Assembly (NCBI GenBank): GCA_016176405.1
Contig: JACOXG010000010.1
Span: 33,078 to 97,077 of the forward strand
DNA from: Candidatus Daviesbacteria bacterium
Lineage (GTDB): Bacteria; Patescibacteriota; Microgenomatia; Daviesbacterales; UBA10151
Length of the DNA: 64,000 nt
Direction: 5' to 3'
The translations under genes and the position numbers were made by a program. Below the pieces are notes generated by a model. The model saw nothing but the letters and a program-made list of their open reading frames with translations. It was not told where the DNA came from and searched no databases. The stretch's first letter is position 1; the number at the start of each line of letters is the position of its first letter. Shown one piece after another: positions 47,957 to 57,243 of the stretch.

Positions 47957-48153
47957 CAAAAGATGAGTTTTTGAAGCGTTATCATGTATACCAAGTCTCT
48001 ACTAAAGAAGAAGCTGAAAAAGAAATCGAGCAGATGGAAATTGTTAAAGATTGCATTATTGTTCCAGTTGGATTTGAAGGTTTAGGTTGGTGCTTAATGC
48101 TGAAAACGGCAGCTGATTATTTAGGTGAACTGGGAATAGCTGCAAATAGATAA
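47953..48153 (+). CDS. Hypothetical protein
   Basis: ATGA overlap; not GroES-like. Confidence 0.55.
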   Translation: MTKDEFLKRYHVYQVSTKEEAEKEIEQMEIVKDCIIVPVGFEGLGWCLMLKTAADYLGELGIAANR

Positions 48154-48154
48154 G

Positions 48155-49726
48155 ATGAAAACAATATTATTTAAAGACAAAGCAAGAAAAGAACTTTTTG
48201 AAGGCATTAAAGTTCTATATGATGCTGTAAAATTCACTTTAGGCCCAAAAGGTAGAAATGCTGTTTTGCAAATGAGAACTGGCTATCCAAATATTTGTAG
48301 TGATGGGGCGACAATACTAAAGGACTTGTCATTACCAGACAGAGCACAAAATGCGGGGATGCAAATAGTAAAAGAAGCATCACAAAAGACCAATGATGCT
48401 GTAGGAGATGGGACTACTACATCAACAGTTTTAGCCTATTGGCTAGTATATGAGGCTTTCAAAGCCTTAGAGGCAGGACATTCTCCGTTAGACATTAGAA
48501 ATGGAATTGAACACGCATTAAAGCTAGTGAAATATGACTTATCTAAAATGTCTGTTCCAGTTAATAGTACACTACAAATCCAGCAAATTGCAGCCTTGGC
48601 TTCTCATGATGAAGAAATGGGGCAAATGGTAGCTGATGTATTAGCGAGAGTTGGATTAAAGGGGACTGTAGTTGTAGAGGAAGCCAAAGTTTTAAAAGAT
48701 ATAGTTGAATATGTAGATGGTATGCAGATTGATAGGGGATATTTAACGGAAAACTTTGCTGCTTTATATAATCAGAATGAAGTAACATTAGACAATCCAT
48801 ATATTTTAATTACAGAGCAGCCTATTTCAAATCCAAATGATATGGCAGCAGTTCTAGATAAAGTAGTGCAGAGTGGGAAACAGAACTTATTAGTAATAGC
48901 CGAAGATGTTATTGGCCATGCTTTGTCAACGCTGTTAGTTAATGTGCAGAAGAGGACAGTAAATAGTCTAGCAATTAGAGCGCCAGCAATTGAATTTCGT
49001 AGGACTGATATGCTAGAAGATATTGCAGTATTTACTGGTGGGGTAATGATTTCTAAGGCTTCTGGTAGAAGTATTAAGAATATTGAATTGTCAGATTTAG
49101 GCAGAGCAGGCAGAGTAATATCAACTAGAGATATAACAACTATAATTGGGGGCAAGGGAGAAAAGCAGAAAATACAAAATAGAATTAGTCAAATAAGGGA
49201 TGCGGACAGTAGAGAGAAGTCGCAATTCGACAAGGATTTGTATAAGGATCGTATTGCACACTTGTCTAGTGGTATAGCAGTAATCAAAGTGGGTGGAATA
49301 TCTGATGTAGATGTCCGAGAACGAAAAAGTAGAGTAGATGATGCTCTTGGCGCAACAAAGGCTGCAATGGAAGAAGGCATAGTTCCTGGCGGTGGAGTAG
49401 CATTGATACAAGCTTGTTCTCTATTAGATAATTTAAGACTAACAAATACACAGGATAGCCTTGGAGTTAAAGTATTCTACAATGCATTACAGCATCCATT
49501 ATGGTTAATTGCAGATAATTCAGGATATAATAACGGGGAATATGTTATAGAAGTAGTAAAGAAAAAGCAGACTGGTTATGATGCTTTTACAGGAGAATTT
49601 TGTGATGCAATAGAGAGAGGGATAGTAGACCCTACAAAGGTTGTTCGAGTAGCATTGGAAAACGCAGTTAGTGTTGCTTTTATATTGTTGACTACAGAAG
49701 CAGTTGTAGCAATCAAGGAGGAATAA
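48155..49726 (+). CDS. groEL: Chaperonin GroEL
   Basis: TLGPKGRN, GDGTTT, GMQIDRGY, EEGIVPGGG, GIVDPTKV. Confidence 0.97.
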   Translation: MKTILFKDKARKELFEGIKVLYDAVKFTLGPKGRNAVLQMRTGYPNICSDGATILKDLSLPDRAQNAGMQIVKEASQKTNDAVGDGTTTSTVLAYWLVYEAFKALEAGHSPLDIRNGIEHALKLVKYDLSKMSVPVNSTLQIQQIAALASHDEEMGQMVADVLARVGLKGTVVVEEAKVLKDIVEYVDGMQIDRGYLTENFAALYNQNEVTLDNPYILITEQPISNPNDMAAVLDKVVQSGKQNLLVIAEDVIGHALSTLLVNVQKRTVNSLAIRAPAIEFRRTDMLEDIAVFTGGVMISKASGRSIKNIELSDLGRAGRVISTRDITTIIGGKGEKQKIQNRISQIRDADSREKSQFDKDLYKDRIAHLSSGIAVIKVGGISDVDVRERKSRVDDALGATKAAMEEGIVPGGGVALIQACSLLDNLRLTNTQDSLGVKVFYNALQHPLWLIADNSGYNNGEYVIEVVKKKQTGYDAFTGEFCDAIERGIVDPTKVVRVALENAVSVAFILLTTEAVVAIKEE

Positions 49727-49728
49727 CA

Positions 49729-50343
49729 ATGGAATATCCAAAAATAGAAACATTATTTGATAGGGATAAAGACACATTTAAGGTTGATACAAGTAAATGG
49801 AGACTCCCAGAATTTGAGTATCTTCAAAATAATGAATGGCTTGTAACAGAAAAAATAGATGGGACAAATATACGAGTTATGTGGGATGGACAAAAAGTAG
49901 TGTTTGGTGGTAGAACTGACAATGCCAATCTATCAGCTTCTTTGGTAACTAGACTCCAAGAATTGTTCCCAGTAGAAAAATTCCAACTAAATTATCCTAA
50001 TGTATCCATGACTTTATATGGAGAGGGATACGGGGCAGGAATTCAAAAGGGTGGTGGAAATTATCTTCCAGATGGGAAGGATTTTATTTTGTTTGATGTG
50101 CTAATAAAGGACTATTGGCTATTGCAAGATGATATGAATGGCATAGCATCTAAACTGCAAATTAAGACTGTGCCATTTTTAGGGAAATATAATTTGAATG
50201 TTGTTACAAATATGGTGAAGTTAGGATTAGTTTCTACTTTTGGGTCATTTAAAGCTGAAGGTGTGGTAGTGAAGACTCCAGTTGGTCTATATTCTAGGTA
50301 CAATCAAAGACTTGTCGGGAAGTTAAAAGCGACAGATTTATAA
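49729..50343 (+). CDS. RNA ligase (Rnl2-like nucleotidyltransferase domain)
   Basis: YPKI, TEKIDGTN, LYGE, FDV, EGVV, KLK. Confidence 0.88.
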   Translation: MEYPKIETLFDRDKDTFKVDTSKWRLPEFEYLQNNEWLVTEKIDGTNIRVMWDGQKVVFGGRTDNANLSASLVTRLQELFPVEKFQLNYPNVSMTLYGEGYGAGIQKGGGNYLPDGKDFILFDVLIKDYWLLQDDMNGIASKLQIKTVPFLGKYNLNVVTNMVKLGLVSTFGSFKAEGVVVKTPVGLYSRYNQRLVGKLKATDL

Positions 50344-50490
50344 TGACAATAAAGGAGTTGGAATGAACGACTTATTGAAGTATCTCAATAGCCCTAGAAA
50401 TATAAGGGAATGGTTACTGCTTTGGATTCCTATCTGGTTATTATGTATTGGGATTGGTTTATCAATAGCATCAGTTTTGAGACATTTGCT

Positions 50491-51066
50491 ATGACAATTG
50501 AACAAACAGTGTCTGAAATGTGGGGCAAGGATTATCAATTATTTGGATTAAATGACCCGTTCAATCCGAATAATTTTGTAGAAGGATTTCTTTGTACAAG
50601 AGCAGCTAATGATTATGGTTCGTTGATGATTTCAAAGGTCAATGGAACCAAATGCCCCCAACTAATTCAAGGGACTCCAAAACTACATTATCCATTTGAT
50701 AAAAATGGTAATTGGAATTTTCCGTCTGCTAGAAAAATTCTAGTCTATGAAAAGCTTGATGGAACAAATGTTGTTCAGTATGTCTATGGAGATAAAAAAC
50801 AGACATATACTTCGTATAAGACAAGACTAAGGCCGTTTCTTTCTGATGGTCGTTTTGGAGATTTCTTTGGTATGTGGCAAGATATGTTGAAGAAATATCC
50901 AAATATCAATAAGATCGCAGAGACAGGAGTAGCATATAGTTTTGAGCTGTATGGATATTTGAATCGTCATTTGATTGAATATTCTGTAGGTTTGGATTGC
51001 GCTTTATTGTTCATTAGATACCATTCAATATATCCACCAACTAAATTTGACATTTTTTCGCAGTAA
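50491..51066 (+). pseudogene. Second RNA-ligase-like protein, apparently truncated or frameshifted
   Basis: PKLHY, EKLDGTN, FELYG; stop just after a T6 run; motifs IV/V not seen. Confidence 0.5.
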
Positions 51067-51194
51067 AGATTTTCCTGTCCCAGTCTGCAAATTATTAACT
51101 AAGATAGACAAAGACTATGTTTGGAATTATGGTGAACAAAAGAAAGTGATGTCTTCTAAGCTAAAAGAGTAATGGATTTAAGCTAAGGTTAGAG

Positions 51195-51803
51195 ATGATG
51201 GACGAGAAGAATAGACAAGCAATAATAGATTATTTTAGACAAATTCGTCCTAGAAGAACTATAGCTAGAATTCAAGTTCAGGGGACATTTATTGCGTGTG
51301 AATTTGACAATGGAACTCGTTGGGAAGTTCGATCAGCTGATATTCCAATAGATTATTCTAGCAGGGACTTAGAAGTAATTGATTTAGCATATTCAGAAAA
51401 AATTTCTCCTGGTGATTTTGCTGATGCTATGGAGAATCTATCTTGGAAGCAATTAAATGAATTTAAGAGATATTGGGAGAATCAATATCCAACTTTAAAA
51501 ATTGACATTAATTCCAAAATTACAAATGAGACAGAATTGTTTCAGTCTACAGTATGTAAATTTTTAAATATTTCATTAGAAGAATTTATGGCTCAGTATG
51601 GAAAAAAGAAGACCGAAGCTATGATCGAAGGGGTCGGAGCCTGGAAACCACTAAAAAATGATGAAGCATTTGAATCAATGTATACAATGGAGCCTAAGTG
51701 GGAGAAACCTATAGGTTGGACACAAAGGGCTAAGAAAGAGATGACAGAGGAAGAGAATATTGAAATTGTAGATAACCAGAAGCGTAAAATCATTCTAGAT
51801 TAG
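51195..51803 (+). CDS. Hypothetical protein with C-terminal KRKIILD tag
   Basis: ORF with shared C-terminal motif. Confidence 0.6.
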   Translation: MMDEKNRQAIIDYFRQIRPRRTIARIQVQGTFIACEFDNGTRWEVRSADIPIDYSSRDLEVIDLAYSEKISPGDFADAMENLSWKQLNEFKRYWENQYPTLKIDINSKITNETELFQSTVCKFLNISLEEFMAQYGKKKTEAMIEGVGAWKPLKNDEAFESMYTMEPKWEKPIGWTQRAKKEMTEEENIEIVDNQKRKIILD

Positions 51804-51836
51804 AGCGCTCTCAAAAAAGAATATAATATATGTAGA

Positions 51837-52355
51837 ATGGCAATTCTCAAAATAGTAATTCTCTCGGCAACACTGGCATTCTTAGCCCAGTTTGTAGCTG
51901 TAGGGTCTCCTAATTTTGTAGAAGTGAATGAGTCGGCATTGGTTTTACTACGAGATCGCTATCCAACTATGTTTGAACTAGTTATGTATAATGTTATAGA
52001 GAACATAGAATGGACATCCGATGCTGACCAGATACCAGGCTGGAAAGTCGGTGCAGATTATATCATGTTGCCAGATGATGGCAATGCAGATATTGTTATG
52101 GCAGGAAGGTTGGCACATGAAGCTATGCATATCTTGCTCTGGAAAAACTGTATTCAGCCTGGTGGTGCATGGGGCGAGGAGTTTGCCATTTATCAGGAGA
52201 CAGTCACGCTAAGAAAATTAAATCGTTTTGGTGAATATAATGGAGTTGAAGATTATATTCAGTCACTACAGAAAGCCATTGGCACACACGGTAAAGGGAC
52301 AGAGATAGTATCTCTACCCGCATATTGTGAAGGTGGAATTGCATTAGTTAAATAA
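51837..52355 (+). CDS. Putative exported HExxH metallopeptidase
   Basis: Signal peptide; LAHEAMH...EE. Confidence 0.6.
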   Translation: MAILKIVILSATLAFLAQFVAVGSPNFVEVNESALVLLRDRYPTMFELVMYNVIENIEWTSDADQIPGWKVGADYIMLPDDGNADIVMAGRLAHEAMHILLWKNCIQPGGAWGEEFAIYQETVTLRKLNRFGEYNGVEDYIQSLQKAIGTHGKGTEIVSLPAYCEGGIALVK

Positions 52356-52390
52356 GTTTTAAGGAAGATGCTATTAGAACTATCTAATTG

Positions 52391-52427
52391 TTTGCCTCTA
52401 GTAAAAATTTAAAATACTGGAGGCAAA
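52391..52427. terminator. Stem-loop overlapping the 5' end of a repeated promoter
   Basis: TTTGCCTCTAGTA / TACTGGAGGCAAA, 13 bp with one G-U pair. Confidence 0.5.
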
Positions 52428-52453
52428 AACATTTTCTTTCAATATAATATAAT
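52425..52453 (+). promoter_or_regulatory. Repeated phage promoter (29-bp copy)
   Basis: Identical to 42603..42631. Confidence 0.75.
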
Positions 52454-52462
52454 TAATCTATC

Positions 52463-52648
52463 TTGAAAGGGGAGAAAAGAAAAGTGCAGTTAACTAAAGT
52501 AGTGTATCCATACAACCCATATCAGTATGAATGTCAGTATTGCTCCCGAAGATTAGGTCATTCTCAGAAAGTTCATGACACAGTAGTATCAAAGAACAAC
52601 TATTATTCTCTTGTAATTGATAGGGTAATGAGAAGGAAGTGGGCATAA
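52463..52648 (+). CDS. Small hypothetical protein
   Basis: Follows promoter; start uncertain. Confidence 0.45.
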   Translation: MKGEKRKVQLTKVVYPYNPYQYECQYCSRRLGHSQKVHDTVVSKNNYYSLVIDRVMRRKWA

Positions 52649-52926
52649 TAAGGAGAATGTATCCGATGCTTCAGTATGAGGTAATAGCAGAGTTTAGGTC
52701 AAAGACTAAGCCTGGGAAATGTTACATAGTTAAGAAAAGATTAGACACCGGAATGCTAACTTGCAATTGCCCAGCTTGGATTTTCAATAAATATGAGGAT
52801 AGAACTTGCTATCATACATTAAAGTTAATGGCAAGTGGGGCATTGCAGTCACAGCAGCAAAATCAAGTTATTGATAGAATTGAGGCTGTCAATTCAGGAA
52901 GGAGAGTATTGATACTAGATGAGTAA
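52639..52926 (+). CDS. SWIM zinc-finger protein with C-terminal RRVLILD tag
   Basis: Y.V...TCNCPAW...CYH. Confidence 0.75.
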   Translation: MGIIRRMYPMLQYEVIAEFRSKTKPGKCYIVKKRLDTGMLTCNCPAWIFNKYEDRTCYHTLKLMASGALQSQQQNQVIDRIEAVNSGRRVLILDE

Positions 52927-53119
52927 AAAGACGAGTTTTGAGGTTATAATGAAACGAAGCCATTACACAAGTTATTTTATTGAGGTCGAAACAGAAGAGG
53001 ATGCTGAAGTCTTAGTAAAAGATGGTAACGGGACGTTTGGGGCTGATTGGGAAAGCCTGGAGGAAGAAGTGTATGCGGTGCTCTGTCCCCCAAAATCTTT
53101 TTCTTCAAATAAATTATAA
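52919..53119 (+). CDS. Small hypothetical protein
   Basis: IEVETEEDA motif; coupled ORF. Confidence 0.5.
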   Translation: MSKKTSFEVIMKRSHYTSYFIEVETEEDAEVLVKDGNGTFGADWESLEEEVYAVLCPPKSFSSNKL

Positions 53120-53289
53120 TTATATTATCTTAAATAGGGGGGTTTTATGAGAAAAGGCAAATGTTATATTTGTGGAAAAATATCTAAGTTATATCTTGAT
53201 TATGGCGGACCAGGAAAAGTAAAAGGCTATTGTCTAAAATGCTCAAATAAAAATAGAAATCTAGCCTAAAATTAGCTTTAAAAATAATA

Positions 53290-54849
53290 GTGGAGAATAG
53301 AAAAGTGACAAATAAGTTCCAGTCTACTTTAGCCGCATATAATAAGGCGTCATATGCCTTGATATATTGCAAGACACCAGAAGAGCTAAGGGCAACACAA
53401 TCAATTCAAAAACTTTCTTTTGAGCTTGGCAGAACATTTGGTTTATGGTCTGTGACTAAGGGATGGAGACTTTTCGGTAATAAGACTAAATTTGGGCAGG
53501 TTACTGAAGTTTTTGATATTACTGACCCAGTCGAGGCTATGAAGAAAGTATCCACTTTTCCAAAAGGGGCTGGTATCTATGTGCTAATCAATTTCCACCC
53601 ATTCATGAAAAGCCCAGAGGCAATTCAGCTATTGAAAGATACAGCCGAAACTTGTCGAGAGGATAATGTCACTCTTGTATTTGTGTCCAATGTAATGGAA
53701 ATTCCAACAGAGCTCTCTAGGGATTTCACTCAGCTAGATTTTTCATTGCCAGATGAAGAGGAGCTTGAGAGCAGACTAAATGAGATAGCCAAAAATGCCC
53801 CTACTGTGAAATTGCCTGCTGACGTCTCTCCGTTAATAGACGCGGGCAAAGGGATGACAGGATCAGAATATTCTGATGCCCTTGCAAGTATGTTGGTAAA
53901 GGAGAAGAAATATAATCCTTCAAGTGTTCTATTGGAAAAAGTGAAAATCCTTGAGAAGGCATCTATTAGATACTACAATTCAAGTCTGAATCTAAATGAT
54001 GTTGGTGGACTTGAGAACTTGAAGAAGTGGGCAGTATCCGTTAAGCCAACATTTGGAACAAAGGCAAAGACTGCTGGAGTAAAGCCGCCAAAGGGAGTAT
54101 TGTTAGTTGGAGTTCCTGGCTGCGGAAAGAGCTATGTTATGAAGGCTATGTCTTCGGCTTGGGGAATTCCATTGCTATGGGGAGATATATCAGCAGCATA
54201 TTCTAAGTTTCTTGGGGAGACAGAGGAGCGAATGAAATATATGTTTGAGGTGTCCAGAATAATGTCTCCTTGTATATTGGGAATTGATGAATTGGAAAAG
54301 AGCATTGCTGGATATGAAGGTGGGGGGCAAACAAGTGGGGGTGTCCCAAATAGAGTGCTAGGAATTATGTTGACAGAGATGCAAGAGTCTGACTCATCAG
54401 TAGTAATAGTAGCCACAGCAAATGAAGCATGGAAGCTGCCTGCCCCGCTTGTCAGAAGGTTCGATGAAGTATTCTTTGTAGACCTCCCTAGTGACCCAGA
54501 GAGGAAGGACATATTTAAGATTCATTTGGCAAAGGTAAAAGCCAGCAATGATATGGATATAGAGCATCTATCAAAAATAACAGAAGGATTCTCTGGGGCT
54601 GAAATAGAGAAGGTATGTCGAAAGGCTCAAATTGCAGCCTTCGGAATGAACCAGAAGATTAGCCAGAACTATGTTGTTACAGCAGTGAATGGGATAGTCC
54701 CAGTCAGTACGTCAATGGCTGAAGAAGTAACAGCTATTAGAAAGTGGGCAGAGGCAAGAGCGGTGCCAGCATCAAAGATTCAGGCATATGATATTACTAA
54801 GGGTAGACGGGCACTTGATCTTAGCGATGGCCCAACAATTATGGCATAG
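53290..54849 (+). CDS. Ycf46-like AAA+ ATPase
   Basis: EELRA, IPTEL, DVGGLENLKKW, GVPGCGKS, IDELEK, ATAN, RFDEVFFVDLP, FSGAEIE. Confidence 0.9.
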   Translation: MENRKVTNKFQSTLAAYNKASYALIYCKTPEELRATQSIQKLSFELGRTFGLWSVTKGWRLFGNKTKFGQVTEVFDITDPVEAMKKVSTFPKGAGIYVLINFHPFMKSPEAIQLLKDTAETCREDNVTLVFVSNVMEIPTELSRDFTQLDFSLPDEEELESRLNEIAKNAPTVKLPADVSPLIDAGKGMTGSEYSDALASMLVKEKKYNPSSVLLEKVKILEKASIRYYNSSLNLNDVGGLENLKKWAVSVKPTFGTKAKTAGVKPPKGVLLVGVPGCGKSYVMKAMSSAWGIPLLWGDISAAYSKFLGETEERMKYMFEVSRIMSPCILGIDELEKSIAGYEGGGQTSGGVPNRVLGIMLTEMQESDSSVVIVATANEAWKLPAPLVRRFDEVFFVDLPSDPERKDIFKIHLAKVKASNDMDIEHLSKITEGFSGAEIEKVCRKAQIAAFGMNQKISQNYVVTAVNGIVPVSTSMAEEVTAIRKWAEARAVPASKIQAYDITKGRRALDLSDGPTIMA

Positions 54850-54878
54850 AAAAACATTTTCTTTCAATATAATATAAT
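54850..54878 (+). promoter_or_regulatory. Repeated phage promoter (29-bp copy)
   Basis: Identical to 42603..42631; begins at the base after the AAA stop codon. Confidence 0.75.
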
Positions 54879-55119
54879 TTAAATGTCAAGGGAGCGAAGG
54901 AGAGACAAATGGTAAATAGAGACGAGAAATTAGCCCATATTTTTAGCCAGCTTTTGAAATTAGGGGATAGTAATCTGGATTGGGCATTGTCAGAAGTTCA
55001 AAAAATTATTGACAAGCAAAGTATGGATGCTTGGGATGCTGAAACAGATGAAGGATTTAAGCCACCTCTGAGTTTAACAAATTAGAAAGCCTAAGAAAAG
55101 CATAATAGGAGAATAGAAA

Positions 55120-55974
55120 ATGTTAGAAAAGATTTGGAAAGATGGTGTTGCACTATCAGTAGATGTTCGGCTTTGGGGAGGGGATGCAGCGCTTGACCCA
55201 GAAGATGTAGGTTTGAGTAGTGTTGATGTACCTCAGGATTTATTCCAAATGGGCAGAAAGAGACTAGTCCCAAAGCTAAGCATGTCTAATCTCGTGGCAT
55301 ATAGGATGAAGACCAGGAATGTATTATTCAGGTACAGTTTTCCAATGCCATTTGGGGATACGTGGTTTGTCCCTTGGACGAATGTGAAGGAAGTAGTAGA
55401 TTGGTTAAAGGAGACACAATCACAGTTCTATAAGGATACAGATAAATTTTTATCTGAGTATGATACTCTGAGAGAGTCCTTTTTGGCAGAGCATGAACAA
55501 TACAGGAAAGTGTTAGAGCCTTTCTATCCATCACAGAAAAGACTTTCAAATAAGTTTTATTTCAAATACAGTCTTTTTGAACTGTCTGTTCCTCGGACTG
55601 GGGTGCTATCAGCAGAAGATGCACAGAGAGTAGACCAGGAGACAGATAATTTTTTGAAGCAAGTTACTACTCAATTGAGACAACAAGCAGGAGATGCAGC
55701 TTCAAAGTTAGCTGCTACTCTTGAAAAGGATTCAGCCACAAAGGCCAGCTTAAAGTCTGCTCAAAACATGGTGGAAAGATTTAAGAGCTTGAACTTTGTC
55801 AAAGACACAAAGATGGAGAATGCTTTGAATCTTTTGAATGCTGCTCTTTCAGTTGGCCTTGATAATCCAGAGCTAGTGGAAGCAGCAAAAGGAGTTGTGG
55901 TAGAGGCAAGAGTTAATGGTAACACAGTCAATGAGATTGTAGGAAGTTATAAGAGAGCGTTAGATTTAAGTTAA
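55120..55974 (+). CDS. DUF3150-like protein
   Basis: W.G...L...D.GL, G.K.L.P, WFVP, YPS...F, F..LNF. Confidence 0.6.
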   Translation: MLEKIWKDGVALSVDVRLWGGDAALDPEDVGLSSVDVPQDLFQMGRKRLVPKLSMSNLVAYRMKTRNVLFRYSFPMPFGDTWFVPWTNVKEVVDWLKETQSQFYKDTDKFLSEYDTLRESFLAEHEQYRKVLEPFYPSQKRLSNKFYFKYSLFELSVPRTGVLSAEDAQRVDQETDNFLKQVTTQLRQQAGDAASKLAATLEKDSATKASLKSAQNMVERFKSLNFVKDTKMENALNLLNAALSVGLDNPELVEAAKGVVVEARVNGNTVNEIVGSYKRALDLS

Positions 55975-55986
55975 GGAAGGCATGAG

Positions 55987-56244
55987 ATGGCAAAGTATGA
56001 ATTATATGACCCAGAGAATAATAAAGAAGAAGAAATGCTTTTTGATGCAGAAGAAGAAATGGACTCATGTTTAGAGGAGTTAAAGGATGACTTGAGGGAA
56101 ATAGTAGATGCTTTTAACTTTAAGTTTAATGATTGGAAGGAAAAGCATAGAAAGTTGGGGGCTAGTGATACAGCAGTAAAAGAGAGCGTTCATATAAAAG
56201 TTAAGAGTATTTTTAGCAATAATCTGGGAAGGATTGACATCTAG
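55987..56244 (+). CDS. Hypothetical protein
   Basis: RBS-like sequence, packed ORF. Confidence 0.55.
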   Translation: MAKYELYDPENNKEEEMLFDAEEEMDSCLEELKDDLREIVDAFNFKFNDWKEKHRKLGASDTAVKESVHIKVKSIFSNNLGRIDI

Positions 56245-56260
56245 AAAGGAGTATAAATAA

Positions 56261-56566
56261 GTGCCTTGTGATTTGAGGATAAGAGTTAGAGCCTATGATA
56301 TGAACAGACTATATGACATCTGTTCAAGGATGGGACTACAGGTAACAAAGACATCTGGATACGTTCACATAAATGGTAGAGGGATAAATAAGGTCTATAA
56401 GGAGAATGACCTTCTTAATATGACTGATGCTGAGTTACAGTCAGGGCTTGGAAAAGCTATCCAAGAGTATTCCAAGCAGAAAACTTTAGAGGCTCTTAGG
56501 AAACAAGGACTAAAATTTCAGCAGAAGCAAGTAGAAGGGCGCATAGAGATAGTGGTGGAGAATTAA
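56261..56566 (+). CDS. DUF1257-like protein (putative)
   Basis: MPC start, Q.Y......L...G.....G.I C-terminus; near Ycf46-like ATPase. Confidence 0.45.
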   Translation: MPCDLRIRVRAYDMNRLYDICSRMGLQVTKTSGYVHINGRGINKVYKENDLLNMTDAELQSGLGKAIQEYSKQKTLEALRKQGLKFQQKQVEGRIEIVVEN

Positions 56567-56713
56567 ACATGAAGTATGAAGTTATTGGAACTGTTTATGA
56601 GACTTGGGAAGAAGCTATTGAAGCAGAGTCCGCAGAAGAGGCTGAAAATCTAGCAGTTAGAAAAATTCAGCATGAATATACAATGTTTCATGTGAAGTAG
56701 TGAGGAAAGTTGA

Positions 56714-56896
56714 ATGAAATACAAAATTATTATCTATCCTGATGGGGGAGTAGAAGCTCAAGATCCTTCTGGCAGAGCAGTGTCTAAGAGTATGCCATGG
56801 CTAATAAAAGCTCTAGGAGAAATAGGAGAAGAGAAGCATCTATCAGGAAGTCATACTCATACAGAGAAGGAATCAATAGAAATTCAGAATGGCTAA
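56714..56896 (+). CDS. DUF2997-like protein (putative)
   Basis: I.I.PDG.V...L..ALG pattern; context. Confidence 0.45.
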   Translation: MKYKIIIYPDGGVEAQDPSGRAVSKSMPWLIKALGEIGEEKHLSGSHTHTEKESIEIQNG

Positions 56897-56919
56897 ATAT
56901 AGTCTAAAATAGATTTGTC

Positions 56920-57243
56920 ATGAGAAAAGGAATTCAAATGAAAGAAGTCGTGGAGGATGAGACCATGGAAGAGGTTGGGCTGCTTGTAACAACAGCATAC
57001 AAAGGGGTATTTTTTGGGTATGGCATCTTTTCGGATGCTGCCCAGATTACATTGAAGCGTGCCAGAATGTGTATCTATTGGCCAACAGGAGAAAAGGGAG
57101 TAATGGGATTAGCACTCGTAGGGCCGCTCCCAGGGGCTAAAATTGGGCCTGCTGTGCCATCCTTGATTTTGCGGGATGTAACTGCTGTCGTTATATGTAC
57201 GTCTAGTGCTATTGAGAAGTGGGAGAAGCCACCGTTATGGTAA
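56920..57243 (+). CDS. DUF6948-like phage protein
   Basis: LVTT...GVFFG...L..AR...W......LA..GP; precedes Gly-rich ORF. Confidence 0.65.
   Translation: MRKGIQMKEVVEDETMEEVGLLVTTAYKGVFFGYGIFSDAAQITLKRARMCIYWPTGEKGVMGLALVGPLPGAKIGPAVPSLILRDVTAVVICTSSAIEKWEKPPLW

Noticed and set aside
42603-54878. 29-bp repeats as a CRISPR array, with the Cas4-like gene as a cas locus
   Set aside because: Copies are kilobases apart and separated by genes; no cas1/cas2; stand-alone Cas4-like nucleases are common in phages
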